A DNA stretch of 64,000 nt from Candidatus Saccharimonadia bacterium (GCA_025449535.1 JANWJF010000001.1:421136-485135), one strand, 5' to 3'. Counted from the first letter of the stretch, positions 10,198 to 20,810 are shown. Numbers and translations are program-made. Notes: generated by a model from the sequence alone, not told the origin.

Positions 10198-11162
10198 CGG
10201 AGCCCCCAGTGCCAGCGCAGCGCGCCCCACAGCATCGGCAGCTGGTTTACGGCCATCCGATAAAACGGCTTTCCGGTCAGCAGGCTGAGCAACGCCAGCG
10301 GGATCCATGCCAGCAGCACGAACGCGAGCGTGACCGGCAGCAATACCAGTGCCAACAGCCGGGCCACGGCCACGTACCCGTCACCGTGGTGCTTCTGGAA
10401 GAACTTGTAGAGGCTCGGGTAAAAGAGGTTGAAGCGCTTTGCCAACGAGCCGCCCGAGTCGATGGCGGCGCCCCAGTGATGCAACACGCGAACGCCGGGC
10501 TGGTAGAGCAGGTCATAGCCTGCTTCCCGCACCCGGCGGCTGAAATCCGTCTCCTCCAGGAAGATGAAGAATCGCTCGTCCAGCGTCCCGACTTCCTTCA
10601 ACAGGTCCCGCCGGAACACCTCGCAGGCGCCGAGCAGGTCGCCCACCGCCCGACGTTTCCGGAGCTCCGCTCGGGTCAGGAGTTGCTTGCCTGGGTACCG
10701 GATCGTGGGGAACAGCCGGTACAGCACGCGGTTGAGCAGCGTGTACTCGAGGAACAAGGTCAGCAAGCCCGGATCCCGCCAGGAGGCCGATTGCTGCACC
10801 TCGCCGTCGGCGTTCCGCAGCTGCGGTCCCACGACGCCGACCTTCGGGTCCTGCTCGAGTTCCTTCGCCAGCTTGGAAAGGCCACCCTTCGGCACTTCGG
10901 TGTCGCTGTTCAACATCACGACCACGTCGCCCTTGGCCACTTTGAAGCCCTGGTTATTGGCGGCCGCGAATCCTTTGTTCTTCTTGTTCGCGATCAGCCG
11001 GACCTTGGGGAACTCCTTGCGAACCATCGCCACGCTGCCGTCCTTGGAGGCGTTGTCGATCACGATCACCTCGGCCTTCGGTTCGGCCGTGCGAAGCGAG
11101 ACCAGGCACTCCCGGAGCAGTTCCTTGGTATTGAAGTTGACGATGACGACGGAGAGCCTCAT
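10194..11162 (-). CDS. GT2 glycosyltransferase (WbbL/rhamnosyltransferase-like)
   Basis: LSVVIVNFN, IDNASKDGS, NKGFAAANNQG, LNSDT, FFIFLEETDF. Confidence 0.9.
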   Translation of the reverse strand: MRLSVVIVNFNTKELLRECLVSLRTAEPKAEVIVIDNASKDGSVAMVRKEFPKVRLIANKKNKGFAAANNQGFKVAKGDVVVMLNSDTEVPKGGLSKLAKELEQDPKVGVVGPQLRNADGEVQQSASWRDPGLLTLFLEYTLLNRVLYRLFPTIRYPGKQLLTRAELRKRRAVGDLLGACEVFRRDLLKEVGTLDERFFIFLEETDFSRRVREAGYDLLYQPGVRVLHHWGAAIDSGGSLAKRFNLFYPSLYKFFQKHHGDGYVAVARLLALVLLPVTLAFVLLAWIPLALLSLLTGKPFYRMAVNQLPMLWGALRWHWGLR

Positions 11163-11890
11163 GAGAAATGCTCCTTCAGTTCGGCGACGCGGTTGCCCGC
11201 GGCCAGCAGCTCGTCGGCCGAGGTCCCGGCATCGATCCAGTACCCGTCCATCACTTCCACGATCATCGTCCCTTCCTTCACGTAGAAGCTGTTGAGGTCC
11301 GTCACCTCCAGTTCGCCGCGCCCGGACGGCTTCTGACGCTTCACGAAGTCGAAGACGCGGTCGTCATAGAAGTAGACGCCGGTCTGGGCCAGGTTCCCCT
11401 TGGGCCGCTTCGGCTTCTCGACGATGGAGACGACCCGATCCCCATTCAGCTCGATCACGCCGTAGTGCTCGGGATGCTCGACCTCCTTGCCGAAGATCAT
11501 CGCGCCTTTCTTCCGTTTCTCGAACGCTTTGACGGCACGCGACAGGTCATGCGTGAAGATGTTGTCGCCCAACAGTACCAGCAGCTTGTCGGCACCCGCG
11601 AAGGACTCGGCCAGGCCGATCGCCTGCGCGATGCCGCCCACGGAGTCGTCCTGGATCTCGTACGAGAGCTTGAGGCCGAAGTCGGCGCCGCTCCGGAGCA
11701 GGTTGATGAAATCCCCGGCGTGTTCCGGGTTGGTCGTGATCAGGACCTCTTCCACACCCGCGCGAGCCATGGCTTCCAGCGAGTAAAAGATCATCGGCTT
11801 CTTGTAGACCGGAAGCAGATGCTTGTTGGTGACGTGGGTGAGCGGACGCAACCGGGTCGCCCGTCCGCCAGCGAGTATCAGGCCTTTCAC
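11159..11890 (-). CDS. rfbA: Glucose-1-phosphate thymidylyltransferase (short RmlA-type)
   Basis: MKGLILAGGRATRLRPLT..NKHLLPVY, LGDN, EKP, RGELEVTD, WIDAGT. Confidence 0.88.
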   Translation of the reverse strand: MKGLILAGGRATRLRPLTHVTNKHLLPVYKKPMIFYSLEAMARAGVEEVLITTNPEHAGDFINLLRSGADFGLKLSYEIQDDSVGGIAQAIGLAESFAGADKLLVLLGDNIFTHDLSRAVKAFEKRKKGAMIFGKEVEHPEHYGVIELNGDRVVSIVEKPKRPKGNLAQTGVYFYDDRVFDFVKRQKPSGRGELEVTDLNSFYVKEGTMIVEVMDGYWIDAGTSADELLAAGNRVAELKEHFS

Positions 11891-11933
11891 GGCTTAAATC
11901 GTAGCATGCAGGTTATTTGAGTAGACTGTACGC

Positions 11934-12878
11934 ATGAAGCTCGTCATCCAGATCCCCTGTTTCAACGAAGAGAAGACCTTGCCTCTCGTACTTAAGAGCA
12001 TCCCCAAGCGGATTCCCGGGATCACGGAGGTCGTCGTGCTGGTCGTCGACGACGGTTCGACAGACCGGACGGTGGATATAGCGAAGCGGCACGGCGTGAA
12101 GCACTTCGTCCACCACCGCCGGAACATGGGACTGGCTCGTTCGTTTCAGGATGGCATTAACGAAGCCTTACGACAGGGAGCCGATGTCGTCGTCAGCACC
12201 GACGGCGACAACCAGTATCCGCAGGACAGGATTCCGGACCTGATCAAACCGATCCTCGAAGGGAAGGCCGACATCGTGGTCGGCGACCGACAGACGAGGA
12301 CGATCAAGCACTTCTCCTTCACGAAGAAACTGCTCCAGCGGTTCGGCAGCTGGGTGGTCAACCGGGCCGCCGGCACGGATCTGCCGGACGCGGCCAGCGG
12401 TTTCCGAGCCTACTCCCGCGAATCGCTCTTTCGGCTGAATGTCGTCACCCGGTTCAGCTACTGCATGGAGACCATCATCCAGGCGGGAAACAAACGACTG
12501 GCCATCGCCAGCGTGCCGATCAAGACGAACGAGAAACTTCGGGAGTCCCGCCTGTTCAAGTCCACGCCGCATCATGTATTGCGCTCCGCGATGGCGATCA
12601 TCCGCAGCTACCTGATGTACAAGCCGTACGCGTTGTTCATCACGTTGGGTCTCGCGTTGCTGGCGCTCGGGCTGATCCCGTTCGGACGATACCTCTGGTT
12701 CCTGTACACCGATCCCTCCCCCGGCAGCCACCTCCAGTCCCTGATTCTCGGCGCGGTACTCCTGATCGGATCGTTCCTCAGCGTCATCGTTGGCGTGATC
12801 TCCGACCTGGTCCGGACCACCCGGATCCTGCAGGAAGACGAACTCGAACGGACCAAGCGGATCCAGTTCGACCGTTGA
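11934..12878 (+). CDS. GT2 glycosyltransferase (polyprenol-phosphate glycosyltransferase-like, two C-terminal TMs)
   Basis: IPCFNEE, VDDGSTD, DGDNQY, DAASGFRAY. Confidence 0.9.
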   Translation: MKLVIQIPCFNEEKTLPLVLKSIPKRIPGITEVVVLVVDDGSTDRTVDIAKRHGVKHFVHHRRNMGLARSFQDGINEALRQGADVVVSTDGDNQYPQDRIPDLIKPILEGKADIVVGDRQTRTIKHFSFTKKLLQRFGSWVVNRAAGTDLPDAASGFRAYSRESLFRLNVVTRFSYCMETIIQAGNKRLAIASVPIKTNEKLRESRLFKSTPHHVLRSAMAIIRSYLMYKPYALFITLGLALLALGLIPFGRYLWFLYTDPSPGSHLQSLILGAVLLIGSFLSVIVGVISDLVRTTRILQEDELERTKRIQFDR

Positions 12879-13706
12879 TCAACGCTTCTTGCTGAGCGAA
12901 ACGGCCGCGATCGCCGCCGCTCCGGCGACCGCGTCCACCGCTACTGTCACCAGGCGCCAAAGTACGACCGCCGGTGTGGCAATGCCGTTTGCCGCGAAAA
13001 GCGCTTCGCGTACGCCGAGCCCGCCCGGCGCGAAGACCGCCAGGATGCTGATCGCGAAGGCGAGTGAGTTCAGAGCGACGGCTTCCGACACGGCGACCTC
13101 GGCTTGGACCGCGACGAGGGAGGCCCAGAAGGCCAAGCCGGCGACTGTCCACCCCGTGGCGCTCAAGGCCAGCAGACCGGCCTCCCGATGGGTCGAAAGC
13201 GCGGCCAGCTTAGGAATCCGGACCGTCTTCCGCAGGACCAAGGCTGCTGCTCCGGCTGCCGCCAGGACGAACAAAAGCGTGATTCCAAGCGGACGGCTGT
13301 GATTGAACAGGAAGATGATGCCACCCAAGGCCAGGGCGCTGATGATGAGGTTGGTGTATTCGATGATCTGCGCCTTGCTGCTCGCCTTGACCGGCATTCC
13401 CATGTCATGCGCGTACTTGGCTCGGAAGGAGAATGTGAACAGGCTGGAAGGCAGATATTTGTATGGCTGGGCCGCGAAAAAACTGAACCAGGTTCTGGAA
13501 GGCGTCGATGGGTCTACGGTTCGACAAACCAGTTGGGAATGCCACGCCTGCAGTCCGTAACAAGCTAGGTACAGGAACCCTGAAAGCACGAGCCAGCCTT
13601 CCCGGCCGCGCAAGTCGTCCGCCCGGAAGTCGGAGAGGAGTGTCCCCGCGTAAACCGCGACGTAGTAAATGACAACCGCAAGGACCACGACCTGCGTGAT
13701 CAGCAA
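12879..13706 (-). CDS. Lysylphosphatidylglycerol-synthase TM / flippase-like membrane protein
   Basis: Multi-TM with KYLP and APGGLGVREA motifs typical of UPF0104-like proteins. Confidence 0.75.
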   Translation of the reverse strand: MLITQVVVLAVVIYYVAVYAGTLLSDFRADDLRGREGWLVLSGFLYLACYGLQAWHSQLVCRTVDPSTPSRTWFSFFAAQPYKYLPSSLFTFSFRAKYAHDMGMPVKASSKAQIIEYTNLIISALALGGIIFLFNHSRPLGITLLFVLAAAGAAALVLRKTVRIPKLAALSTHREAGLLALSATGWTVAGLAFWASLVAVQAEVAVSEAVALNSLAFAISILAVFAPGGLGVREALFAANGIATPAVVLWRLVTVAVDAVAGAAAIAAVSLSKKR

Positions 13707-13806
13707 GCCGGTTCGTAAGGCTTTCTTTGAAGAAGTTTTCAGTTGCCTAGTTAGTTATTCGTGGTCCTGATAAGTATACTTTAGGAAGTTCTAACCAAGG
13801 TTCGCT

Positions 13807-14391
13807 TTGACTCATTCGCAATCCGGCGCGCAGGAAACACAAGGCATGCTGTCGCCGTTCCTGGCACGGCAGCGTTACAAGCACGCCGCCCGGTTCGTGG
13901 CGGGTAATGACATGGTCCTCGACATCGGCTGTGGGTCGGGAGCTTTTCGAAAGTATCTGCCCAAGAACGCCACGTACTTCGGAGCGGATACCGTGCGACA
14001 TTGGGACGAAGCGGATCCTCACTTCTTCGTGACGAAGGTCGGTCAGCCGCTGCCTGGCCAACTCCGCAAACAGCGCGTCTCCGCCGTCACGGCCCTGGCC
14101 CTGATCGAGCACTTGAGCGAACCCGGACAGTTGTTCCGGGATGCGGGGCGGGTCCTGCCCGAAGGCGGCCGTCTGATCCTGACGACGCCCCACCCGCTGG
14201 GACGCAAGGTCCACGACTTCGGCGGGAAGCTGGGGATCTTCAGCAGCGACGCCAGCGAGGAGCACGAAGAGTTCCTCGACAAGCGGATGATGAAGAGACT
14301 GGCGGAACGGGAAGGATTCGAGCTCGTTCGCTACAGGCGCTTCCTGTTCTGGATGAACCAGGTCGCGGTGTTCGAGAAAACCGCCTCGTAG
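13807..14391 (+). CDS. Class I SAM-dependent methyltransferase
   Basis: VLDIGCGSG, IEHL, GGRLILTTP. Start uncertain. Confidence 0.85.
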   Translation: MTHSQSGAQETQGMLSPFLARQRYKHAARFVAGNDMVLDIGCGSGAFRKYLPKNATYFGADTVRHWDEADPHFFVTKVGQPLPGQLRKQRVSAVTALALIEHLSEPGQLFRDAGRVLPEGGRLILTTPHPLGRKVHDFGGKLGIFSSDASEEHEEFLDKRMMKRLAEREGFELVRYRRFLFWMNQVAVFEKTAS

Positions 14392-14392
14392 G

Positions 14393-15475
14393 TTACCGCT
14401 TCAAGACGAACCGGTACGCATCTTGCGTCGCTTTCGCCGCGGACTCCCACGTATACCGCTTCATGCGGCTGCGGAGGGCCCGGCGACGGGAAGCCGGCAT
14501 GGCGACTGCCCGGAGGATCGCCTCGCGAATGCTTCGTACGCTTTCCGGGCGACAGATCTCCGCCAACTCGAAGTATTCCTCGTGGGGACTTTGCGCCGTC
14601 TGGACGATCGGACAGCCCGTCGCAGCGGCCTGCAGGCTCACCTGACCGGTCGTCTCGTACCAGCTGCAGAGGACATGCGCGGAAGCGGCCGCATAGGCGT
14701 CACGCAGCTCCTCCGTGGAAAGGTTCCCGACGTGCTTGAGCGGCACGCCAAGCCGCTTCGCCTCGTCGACGCAGTCCTGCCAGTAGTCCTTCCCGTACCC
14801 GGTGATCGGGCCGGCCACGACCAACGTCAGGCCGGTGCCCGCCATCGCCCGCACCAGGCCATCCTGGTTCTTGAGGACTTCGGTGCGTGCCGCGTTGAGA
14901 ACGAACGTATCGAGTCCGTGCTTCTTCTTGAACCGTTCCGGGCGGGCCTTGGCGAAGTAGACCGTGGGGATGCCGTTCGGCGTGACACGGATCGGGGCGC
15001 CTGTCCGGAACCGGCGCCGGATGTACCGTGCTTCTTTCAAGGAGGTCGGCACCAGAAGCGCCGCGCCGCCAAGTAGTTCGTGCGTTCGTCGCCAAGCCGA
15101 ATTGCTTTTGACTCGCTGGTCCGTCCAGCGCGAGAACGCCATAAGGGCAATCCGGGCGCCGGTCACCCTGGCAAGCAGCCGCCAAGCGGGATTCGCCTTG
15201 TGCAGCATGCCGTAGAAGTCTGTGTTGATCGCTATCGGCGAGACGACGTATGGTACGCCCGCTTTCCGGGCGCGGGCCGCCTGCTTGTAGGTGGTCACTT
15301 CGTCGAAGTCCCAGAAGTGGATCAGGTCCACGCCGCGCAGGGGCGGTTCGGCCGCGTCCGTGACCGTCACGGTGACACCGTTCTTGCGCAGCTGCGCGGC
15401 GATCTCCCGCATCCGGACGGAACCGCCGCCGACGCGGAGCTCCTTCTTCGGCATCAATTGGAAGAGGACCTTCAT
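14393..15475 (-). CDS. GT4 glycosyltransferase
   Basis: MKVLF..GGG, PNGI, KNQ, SWYETTGQVSLQAA (variant EX7E), YTWE. Alternative start 15499. Confidence 0.85.
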   Translation of the reverse strand: MKVLFQLMPKKELRVGGGSVRMREIAAQLRKNGVTVTVTDAAEPPLRGVDLIHFWDFDEVTTYKQAARARKAGVPYVVSPIAINTDFYGMLHKANPAWRLLARVTGARIALMAFSRWTDQRVKSNSAWRRTHELLGGAALLVPTSLKEARYIRRRFRTGAPIRVTPNGIPTVYFAKARPERFKKKHGLDTFVLNAARTEVLKNQDGLVRAMAGTGLTLVVAGPITGYGKDYWQDCVDEAKRLGVPLKHVGNLSTEELRDAYAAASAHVLCSWYETTGQVSLQAAATGCPIVQTAQSPHEEYFELAEICRPESVRSIREAILRAVAMPASRRRALRSRMKRYTWESAAKATQDAYRFVLKR

Positions 15476-15551
15476 CCCGCCTTGCCTCCCTCCGGCCATC
15501 GGCCGGAAGACCGCGGAGCGGTCAGGGCGTCGTCCTGGCGGCGAGGCGGGA

Positions 15552-16970
15552 TCATCGCGAGGGCTTCAGTTCCCTGAGGATGTCCTTGGTCACCACCCGG
15601 AACGCGACCAGCAGCAAGCCATAGATGGCCGCGCCTACCGGGACCGCCAGCCAGATCGTGTCATGGAACGGCCAGATCGCCCCCGCCATGATCGCGGCGG
15701 CCAGGAATATCCGCGGCACCGTGCGCAGCGAGACCCGGACGCTGAGGCTGCGCCGAGCCAGGACATAGTAGGCGGTGAAGACCACCACCTCGGAGGCGAC
15801 CGTAGCGACGGCCGAGCCGTTGATGCCGTACTTCGGGATCAGGAGCAGGTTAAGGATGACGTTCAGCACCAGGCCGACGCCGGCCACCCGCAGGACCATG
15901 CTCTGGTGGCCCATCGCCACGAAGAGCGTGCTGAAAGTGAAGATCGCAAAGGACAGCAGGATCGCCACCAGGATGATCTGGAGGGCGTCCGCGCCGGAGA
16001 CGAACTCGCTGCCGCCGATGACCTGCATGATCTGCGGCGCCAGGACGATACCGCCGGCCGCCACGCCCGCGCCGCCGGCCACCAACGCGTCAAAGACTTT
16101 CTGGACCATCGCTTCGGCGTTGGCGGTCCCCGACTTGAGCCGCCGGACCAGCACTGGAAAGACAGAGTTGTTGAAAAAGCCGGGCAGTGCCATCACCAAC
16201 TCGTACACCTTGAAGATCACGCCGTAGACGCCGACTTCCGCGGTGCTCCGCATCAGCGAGAGCAAGAAGATGTCCACCCGCAGATACAGATGGAGGATCA
16301 CCAGGGCGGCGCCGTACGGCACGGATTCCTTGAGAAGCTTCTTCCAGAGCGTCGTGTCGGTGGCCAGACGCAGGGAGACGAACTCCCGCACCAGCAGCGT
16401 GGAGACCAGGAAGGTCACGAACGATCCGAGCGCCGCGGTCGCGACCACGGCATAGAATCCCCAGTCGAGCGCGATCACGCCGATCACCGCACCGAGCGCG
16501 ACGACTCTCCCGACCAGATCGGCGATCACCGACCGGCCCATGATCAGCTTCGTCTGGAACAGCGAGATCAGGGCGGAGTTGAGCAATCCGAAGAACTGCG
16601 CGCCCGCGGCGATGCCGATCGCCACCTTCACGTCCGGCTCGTACGGCAGCAGCCAGCCGATGCCAACCGCCAGGCTGAAGACGACCGTCGCCAATAGCGC
16701 CCGCAGGACCAGCGTGTTCGAGACGATCTCCTGCATCCGCCGTGGATTCCGGCTCATCTCGCGAACGGCGATCGTGAACAGGCCCATGTCCGCGGCGATG
16801 CCGAAGAACGAAAGATAGACCAGCGCCAGGGTGAACTTTCCGTAGCCGTCCGCGCCGAGGTAGCGGGTGAGGATCGCCACCGAGACGAGCCCGATGAACA
16901 TCACGACGAGTTTGCCGGCGGCCTGGACGGCGGTATTGTAGGCGATCTTCTTGGTGGCGGACGCGGCCAT
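15552..16970 (-). CDS. wzx: Wzx-type polysaccharide flippase
   Basis: About 14 TM segments; RYLGADGYG, DMGL, LYLRVDIFLL, LIPKYGINGSAVAT. Confidence 0.88.
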   Translation of the reverse strand: MAASATKKIAYNTAVQAAGKLVVMFIGLVSVAILTRYLGADGYGKFTLALVYLSFFGIAADMGLFTIAVREMSRNPRRMQEIVSNTLVLRALLATVVFSLAVGIGWLLPYEPDVKVAIGIAAGAQFFGLLNSALISLFQTKLIMGRSVIADLVGRVVALGAVIGVIALDWGFYAVVATAALGSFVTFLVSTLLVREFVSLRLATDTTLWKKLLKESVPYGAALVILHLYLRVDIFLLSLMRSTAEVGVYGVIFKVYELVMALPGFFNNSVFPVLVRRLKSGTANAEAMVQKVFDALVAGGAGVAAGGIVLAPQIMQVIGGSEFVSGADALQIILVAILLSFAIFTFSTLFVAMGHQSMVLRVAGVGLVLNVILNLLLIPKYGINGSAVATVASEVVVFTAYYVLARRSLSVRVSLRTVPRIFLAAAIMAGAIWPFHDTIWLAVPVGAAIYGLLLVAFRVVTKDILRELKPSR

Positions 16971-17623
16971 CAGACCTCGAGGATGAAGAAGCGGTGGTAC
17001 GGATTCAGATGCGGGTGGAATTCCTTCTCGACGCGTTTGAAGTCCTTCCGCAGGAGCTTCCGGAACTTCCGTACGGAATACCCGCGCCGCCCAAGCTCCC
17101 AGTAGTGTTCATGGTTGCGCTCATGCACGTCGCCGGCCAGGAACTGCGGGATCCGGAGCGGCAGGCGGAGCGTCTTTCCGGGGCCGTAGGTCAGCGATAC
17201 GGCCCCGATGACCTCCACGGTCAACGACGAGTACGGGATGGAGATCACCACTCGCTTCTTCGCGATACGAGCCAGTTCCTTGAGCGCATTCGGCACGTCC
17301 GCGAACGGGATGTGCTCGAGGATCTCGCAAGCGACGACGACGTCGTGGCTGCCGGACTTGATCGCCGAAAGGTTCCGGATATCCGCGACGACGTCCGGCT
17401 TCAGGCGTTTGTCGAAGTCGCAGGTCGTGACCTTGTAGCCCGCCCGTTTCAGATAATCGGCGACCAGCCGGTTGCCGATGCCGATCTCCAGGACCGTCTT
17501 CGGATTCGCCTGGCGGACGAAGTCGATCTGGTAGAAGTACGAACTGAACCGCTGCAGCGTGTCGTACGCGGCACCGTAATGCTCTTTCGAGTCGACCTGG
17601 ACCTCGAATTCCTTTCCGGCCAT
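16970..17623 (-). CDS. Class I SAM-dependent methyltransferase
   Basis: VLEIGIGN, CEILEHIPF, HYWELG. Start set at ATG 17623 (TACGAT 6 nt upstream). Confidence 0.85.
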   Translation of the reverse strand: MAGKEFEVQVDSKEHYGAAYDTLQRFSSYFYQIDFVRQANPKTVLEIGIGNRLVADYLKRAGYKVTTCDFDKRLKPDVVADIRNLSAIKSGSHDVVVACEILEHIPFADVPNALKELARIAKKRVVISIPYSSLTVEVIGAVSLTYGPGKTLRLPLRIPQFLAGDVHERNHEHYWELGRRGYSVRKFRKLLRKDFKRVEKEFHPHLNPYHRFFILEV

Positions 17624-17690
17624 GACCCCATCGTAGCAGTCGGCCGTCATATATACTGGGTCCGTTGCGAGCAACCGTACTACGAATCCA

Positions 17691-19304
17691 ATGATGAAAC
17701 CGAAGCTGGTCCTCTACTATGTCGCGGTCGCCGCGCTGCTGTTGATTGCGGCGTTCTCGTCACTGCGCTTGCTCAACCTGGACAGCGTCAATTACATCTC
17801 CATTGCGCAGCTGTACGCGGACGGCCACTGGAAGGAAGCGGTCAACGGGTACTGGTCTCCCTTGTTCAGCTGGTTACTGGTCCCGTTCGTAAAGCTCGGC
17901 ATAGACGGTCAGGTCGCCAGTCGGATCCTGATGATACTGTTCGCGCTGGGCAACCTGGCCCTCGGTCATCGGCTAGTCCGGAAATACGCCGCGGATAAAG
18001 GAACACGAGCGGCAACCATCATTTACCACCTGGCGATGGTGCCGCTTCTGATCGTCGCGGTACGAGGGGTGATCACGCCCGACCTGTTGACCGTGTTCTT
18101 CGTACTGTCGTTGTTGACCGTCTTGACCGGCGCTGCCCGGCGGAAAGACCGGTCCCGCCGCACGCTGGTCTTCATCGGCCTGCTCGCGGCAGCAGGCTAC
18201 TTCGCGAAGGCCTTCTTGCTGCCGTTCTTCGTGGTCATGGGTGCGGCGTGGTTCTTTGCGCTGGGAGAAGGCGGACTCACCGCCAGGTTCACCGATCGTT
18301 TGAAGCGATTCGGATTGGTCCTGGCCGCCTTTGCAATCACGATTCTCCCGTGGGTCGCCGCGCTCAGCCTGAAATACGAGCATGCCACGACCGGGAATTC
18401 CGGCGAGTACAGCCTGGCGTACATCGGACCGAACAACGTCGGCCATCCCGGCCGCAATGGCTTGCTCTCTCCTCCGCACGACTTTTCGCTGGGGCCCATG
18501 GAAGACCCTTCCACTCATCCGTACTTGCCCTGGAGTCCGCTACAGAGTCGTGAGGATTTCGAATACTACGTCGACTACCTCGTAAATCAGAACTTCGAGG
18601 CGGTCAACCGTGTCCTGACGACGCTGTCTCCGTATCTGCTCGGAGTGCTTTTGGTCCTGGTCGGCTTACTCGTAGCCGGGAAGGTCGACCGACGACAACG
18701 TGACTTCCTGACCTTAATCGCGCTTATGAGCCTGGTGTATTTGTCCGGCTACTATGCGCTGCACGTCGAAGGTGGCGGCCGGTATCTCTGGCCGGTGCTG
18801 GTGCTCTCAACCTTGGTGACTTCGATATACGCTGGGACCTGGTACGTGCGCTGCCAAGGCCGGCCTCGGAAGATCCTGGCGATCCTCCTGATAATCGCCC
18901 TGGTGTTTCCCGCTTACCGCAACCTATACGTCCACGACAAGGAGCGGGGCTACAGCGAGGAGTTATCCCTCTACCAGGCAGGTCAGTTCGTGAAAGAACG
19001 GGTGGAGCCGCGGTCCCGGTTCGCCAGCAACGTGCTTCGGGCCAGCACCCGTATTTCTTACTACGCCAACCAGCTTAGCTACGGCACCACGGGACAAGGT
19101 GTGACGCTGAAGGATCCCGGCACATTGAAGGCTTTGCGCGACTACGGAGTCGAATACTTCTTCTACGTCGACCATCCTCTCCTGGACAACGACGAGGAAG
19201 GTCTCTCAGGCTTCGAGGTCATCGGTACGACACACGTAAACTTCGCGGATCACCGCAGCAAGTTCCCCGGCGGGCCGCACAAGGCGTACCTGATCAAACT
19301 GTAA
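17691..19304 (+). CDS. GT-C fold (ArnT/PMT-like) membrane glycosyltransferase
   Basis: N-terminal TM then D..SY..IA, YWSPLFSWLL, TPDLL, GYFAK; many TMs and a C-terminal extracellular domain. Confidence 0.7.
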   Translation: MMKPKLVLYYVAVAALLLIAAFSSLRLLNLDSVNYISIAQLYADGHWKEAVNGYWSPLFSWLLVPFVKLGIDGQVASRILMILFALGNLALGHRLVRKYAADKGTRAATIIYHLAMVPLLIVAVRGVITPDLLTVFFVLSLLTVLTGAARRKDRSRRTLVFIGLLAAAGYFAKAFLLPFFVVMGAAWFFALGEGGLTARFTDRLKRFGLVLAAFAITILPWVAALSLKYEHATTGNSGEYSLAYIGPNNVGHPGRNGLLSPPHDFSLGPMEDPSTHPYLPWSPLQSREDFEYYVDYLVNQNFEAVNRVLTTLSPYLLGVLLVLVGLLVAGKVDRRQRDFLTLIALMSLVYLSGYYALHVEGGGRYLWPVLVLSTLVTSIYAGTWYVRCQGRPRKILAILLIIALVFPAYRNLYVHDKERGYSEELSLYQAGQFVKERVEPRSRFASNVLRASTRISYYANQLSYGTTGQGVTLKDPGTLKALRDYGVEYFFYVDHPLLDNDEEGLSGFEVIGTTHVNFADHRSKFPGGPHKAYLIKL

Positions 19305-20648
19305 CTAGGACTTCCGGACGGGACGGCCAGGGTACGCCCGGGCGACGAGAGCCGCTACCAGCACTCCGCCCAGGAGCAGTCCTTGCGGCAGGCTCCAGAG
19401 GAAATGATCGGCTAGCGCCATCAGCACGAACACGCCGGTCAGCGCGAACAGCATGAACTCAATCGAGCGTTCCTGGCGGTCCCGGGAGGATACCTTGTGG
19501 AACCGGCGACCGAGCCGGACCGCGAACCAGGCCAGCAACGCGCCGCCAAGCAGGCCGAGTTCGGAGACGACCAGCAGCGGCACGTTGTGCACCGGCTGGT
19601 ACTGGTAGGCGGGGCGGGCGGGGTCGGCGGACCGGGCGGCCAGCACGAAGTTGCCCGCGCCGACGCCGAGCGGCTGGTCGGCGATGACCAAGGCGGCCTG
19701 CTCGTACCCAGCCTTACGGTTGGACACGCCGGTCTCCTGGCTCGACTCCACCACGGTCCGGCCCTGCCAGTACGGCGCCAGCAGCAGGGCGACGCAGAGG
19801 GTGATCGCGGCGGCGGCGGCGGCCGGCCAGGGCAGCCGTTGCCAGCGTCGCCAGGAGAAGAGGGCGACCAGGATGCCGCCGACCAGCGTGGCGGCGATCG
19901 CGACGCGGGAAAAGGTCACCAGGAGACCGACACCGAGCAGCACCAGCAGCAGGACGTAGCCGACCTGGGTGCGGCGGGGCCGTGCGCCGTCCTTCCAGAA
20001 GACCACGGTACCCACCCAGAACGCCGCCGCCGCGAGGTACGCCGCGAGGAGGTTCGGATGCGGTAGGCTGCCGTAGGCACGGACGTACGTCTCCCCGTCC
20101 GCGACCAGCTTGGCCACCCCGAAGCGTTCCGGCGCGATGTCGCTCTCACCGAGCCACCACAGGCCGAAGTCACGCTGGAGCAGGAACTGGGCGATGCCCC
20201 AGGCGGCCTGGACAGCTGCGCCGGTCGTGAACGCCCACAGCGCCTGGCGGAGAAACCGGCGGTCGCGGAACTCGTGGGCCAGGACGTACACCAACAGGAA
20301 CGCGACGAAAAGGTGGACCAGGCCGATACCGGCTAGGAACCCCCACGGCGCCCAGAGGATCGTCGCGACGGCCAGGCCGAGCATTCCCAGCAGTGGCAGG
20401 AAGGCGCCCGGGTCGCGGTCGGCCTGGGTCCGGAGCCGGGCCCAGAGCACCGCCGCGACCACGACCAGGACTTCTATCGCGTACAGGGCGGGCACCGCGA
20501 AGCTGTTCCGGACGCCCGCCACCTCGCTTCGCGCCTCGGAGAGGATCAGGACACCGCTGACCGGAAGCAGGAAGAGGACGGCGAGCAGCGCCGCCCGGAC
20601 CGTCCGTTCGAGCTTCGATTTTCCAAGTTCCCTCCAGAGCTGCTGCAT
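19305..20648 (-). CDS. O-antigen ligase / Wzy_C family membrane protein
   Basis: RAYGSLPHPNLLA, TFSR, PLGVGAGNF, QPVHNVPLLVVSELG. Confidence 0.88.
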   Translation of the reverse strand: MQQLWRELGKSKLERTVRAALLAVLFLLPVSGVLILSEARSEVAGVRNSFAVPALYAIEVLVVVAAVLWARLRTQADRDPGAFLPLLGMLGLAVATILWAPWGFLAGIGLVHLFVAFLLVYVLAHEFRDRRFLRQALWAFTTGAAVQAAWGIAQFLLQRDFGLWWLGESDIAPERFGVAKLVADGETYVRAYGSLPHPNLLAAYLAAAAFWVGTVVFWKDGARPRRTQVGYVLLLVLLGVGLLVTFSRVAIAATLVGGILVALFSWRRWQRLPWPAAAAAAITLCVALLLAPYWQGRTVVESSQETGVSNRKAGYEQAALVIADQPLGVGAGNFVLAARSADPARPAYQYQPVHNVPLLVVSELGLLGGALLAWFAVRLGRRFHKVSSRDRQERSIEFMLFALTGVFVLMALADHFLWSLPQGLLLGGVLVAALVARAYPGRPVRKS

Positions 20649-20711
20649 TGGGTCTATTGTAAGCGTTACCGTTTACGGACGCGGGCACGTTCGGAGCAGA
20701 GCATGTTTTAT

Positions 20712-20810
20712 GGACCGGGCACCGTCGACAGCGAGACGTTGCCGATTAATGACGCAACGCACTTTTGTCCGGTGACTTCGGGACGTCTCGCTTGCCGAGG
20801 TGCCCGGTCC
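20712..20810 (-). repeat. Long imperfect hairpin element, copy A of a dispersed family
   Basis: Minus strand: GGACCGGGCACC-TCGGC-a-AGCGAGACGT-cCCGA [32 nt] TCGG-ca-ACGTCTCGCT-GTCGA-c-GGTGCCCGGTCC. Confidence 0.85.
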
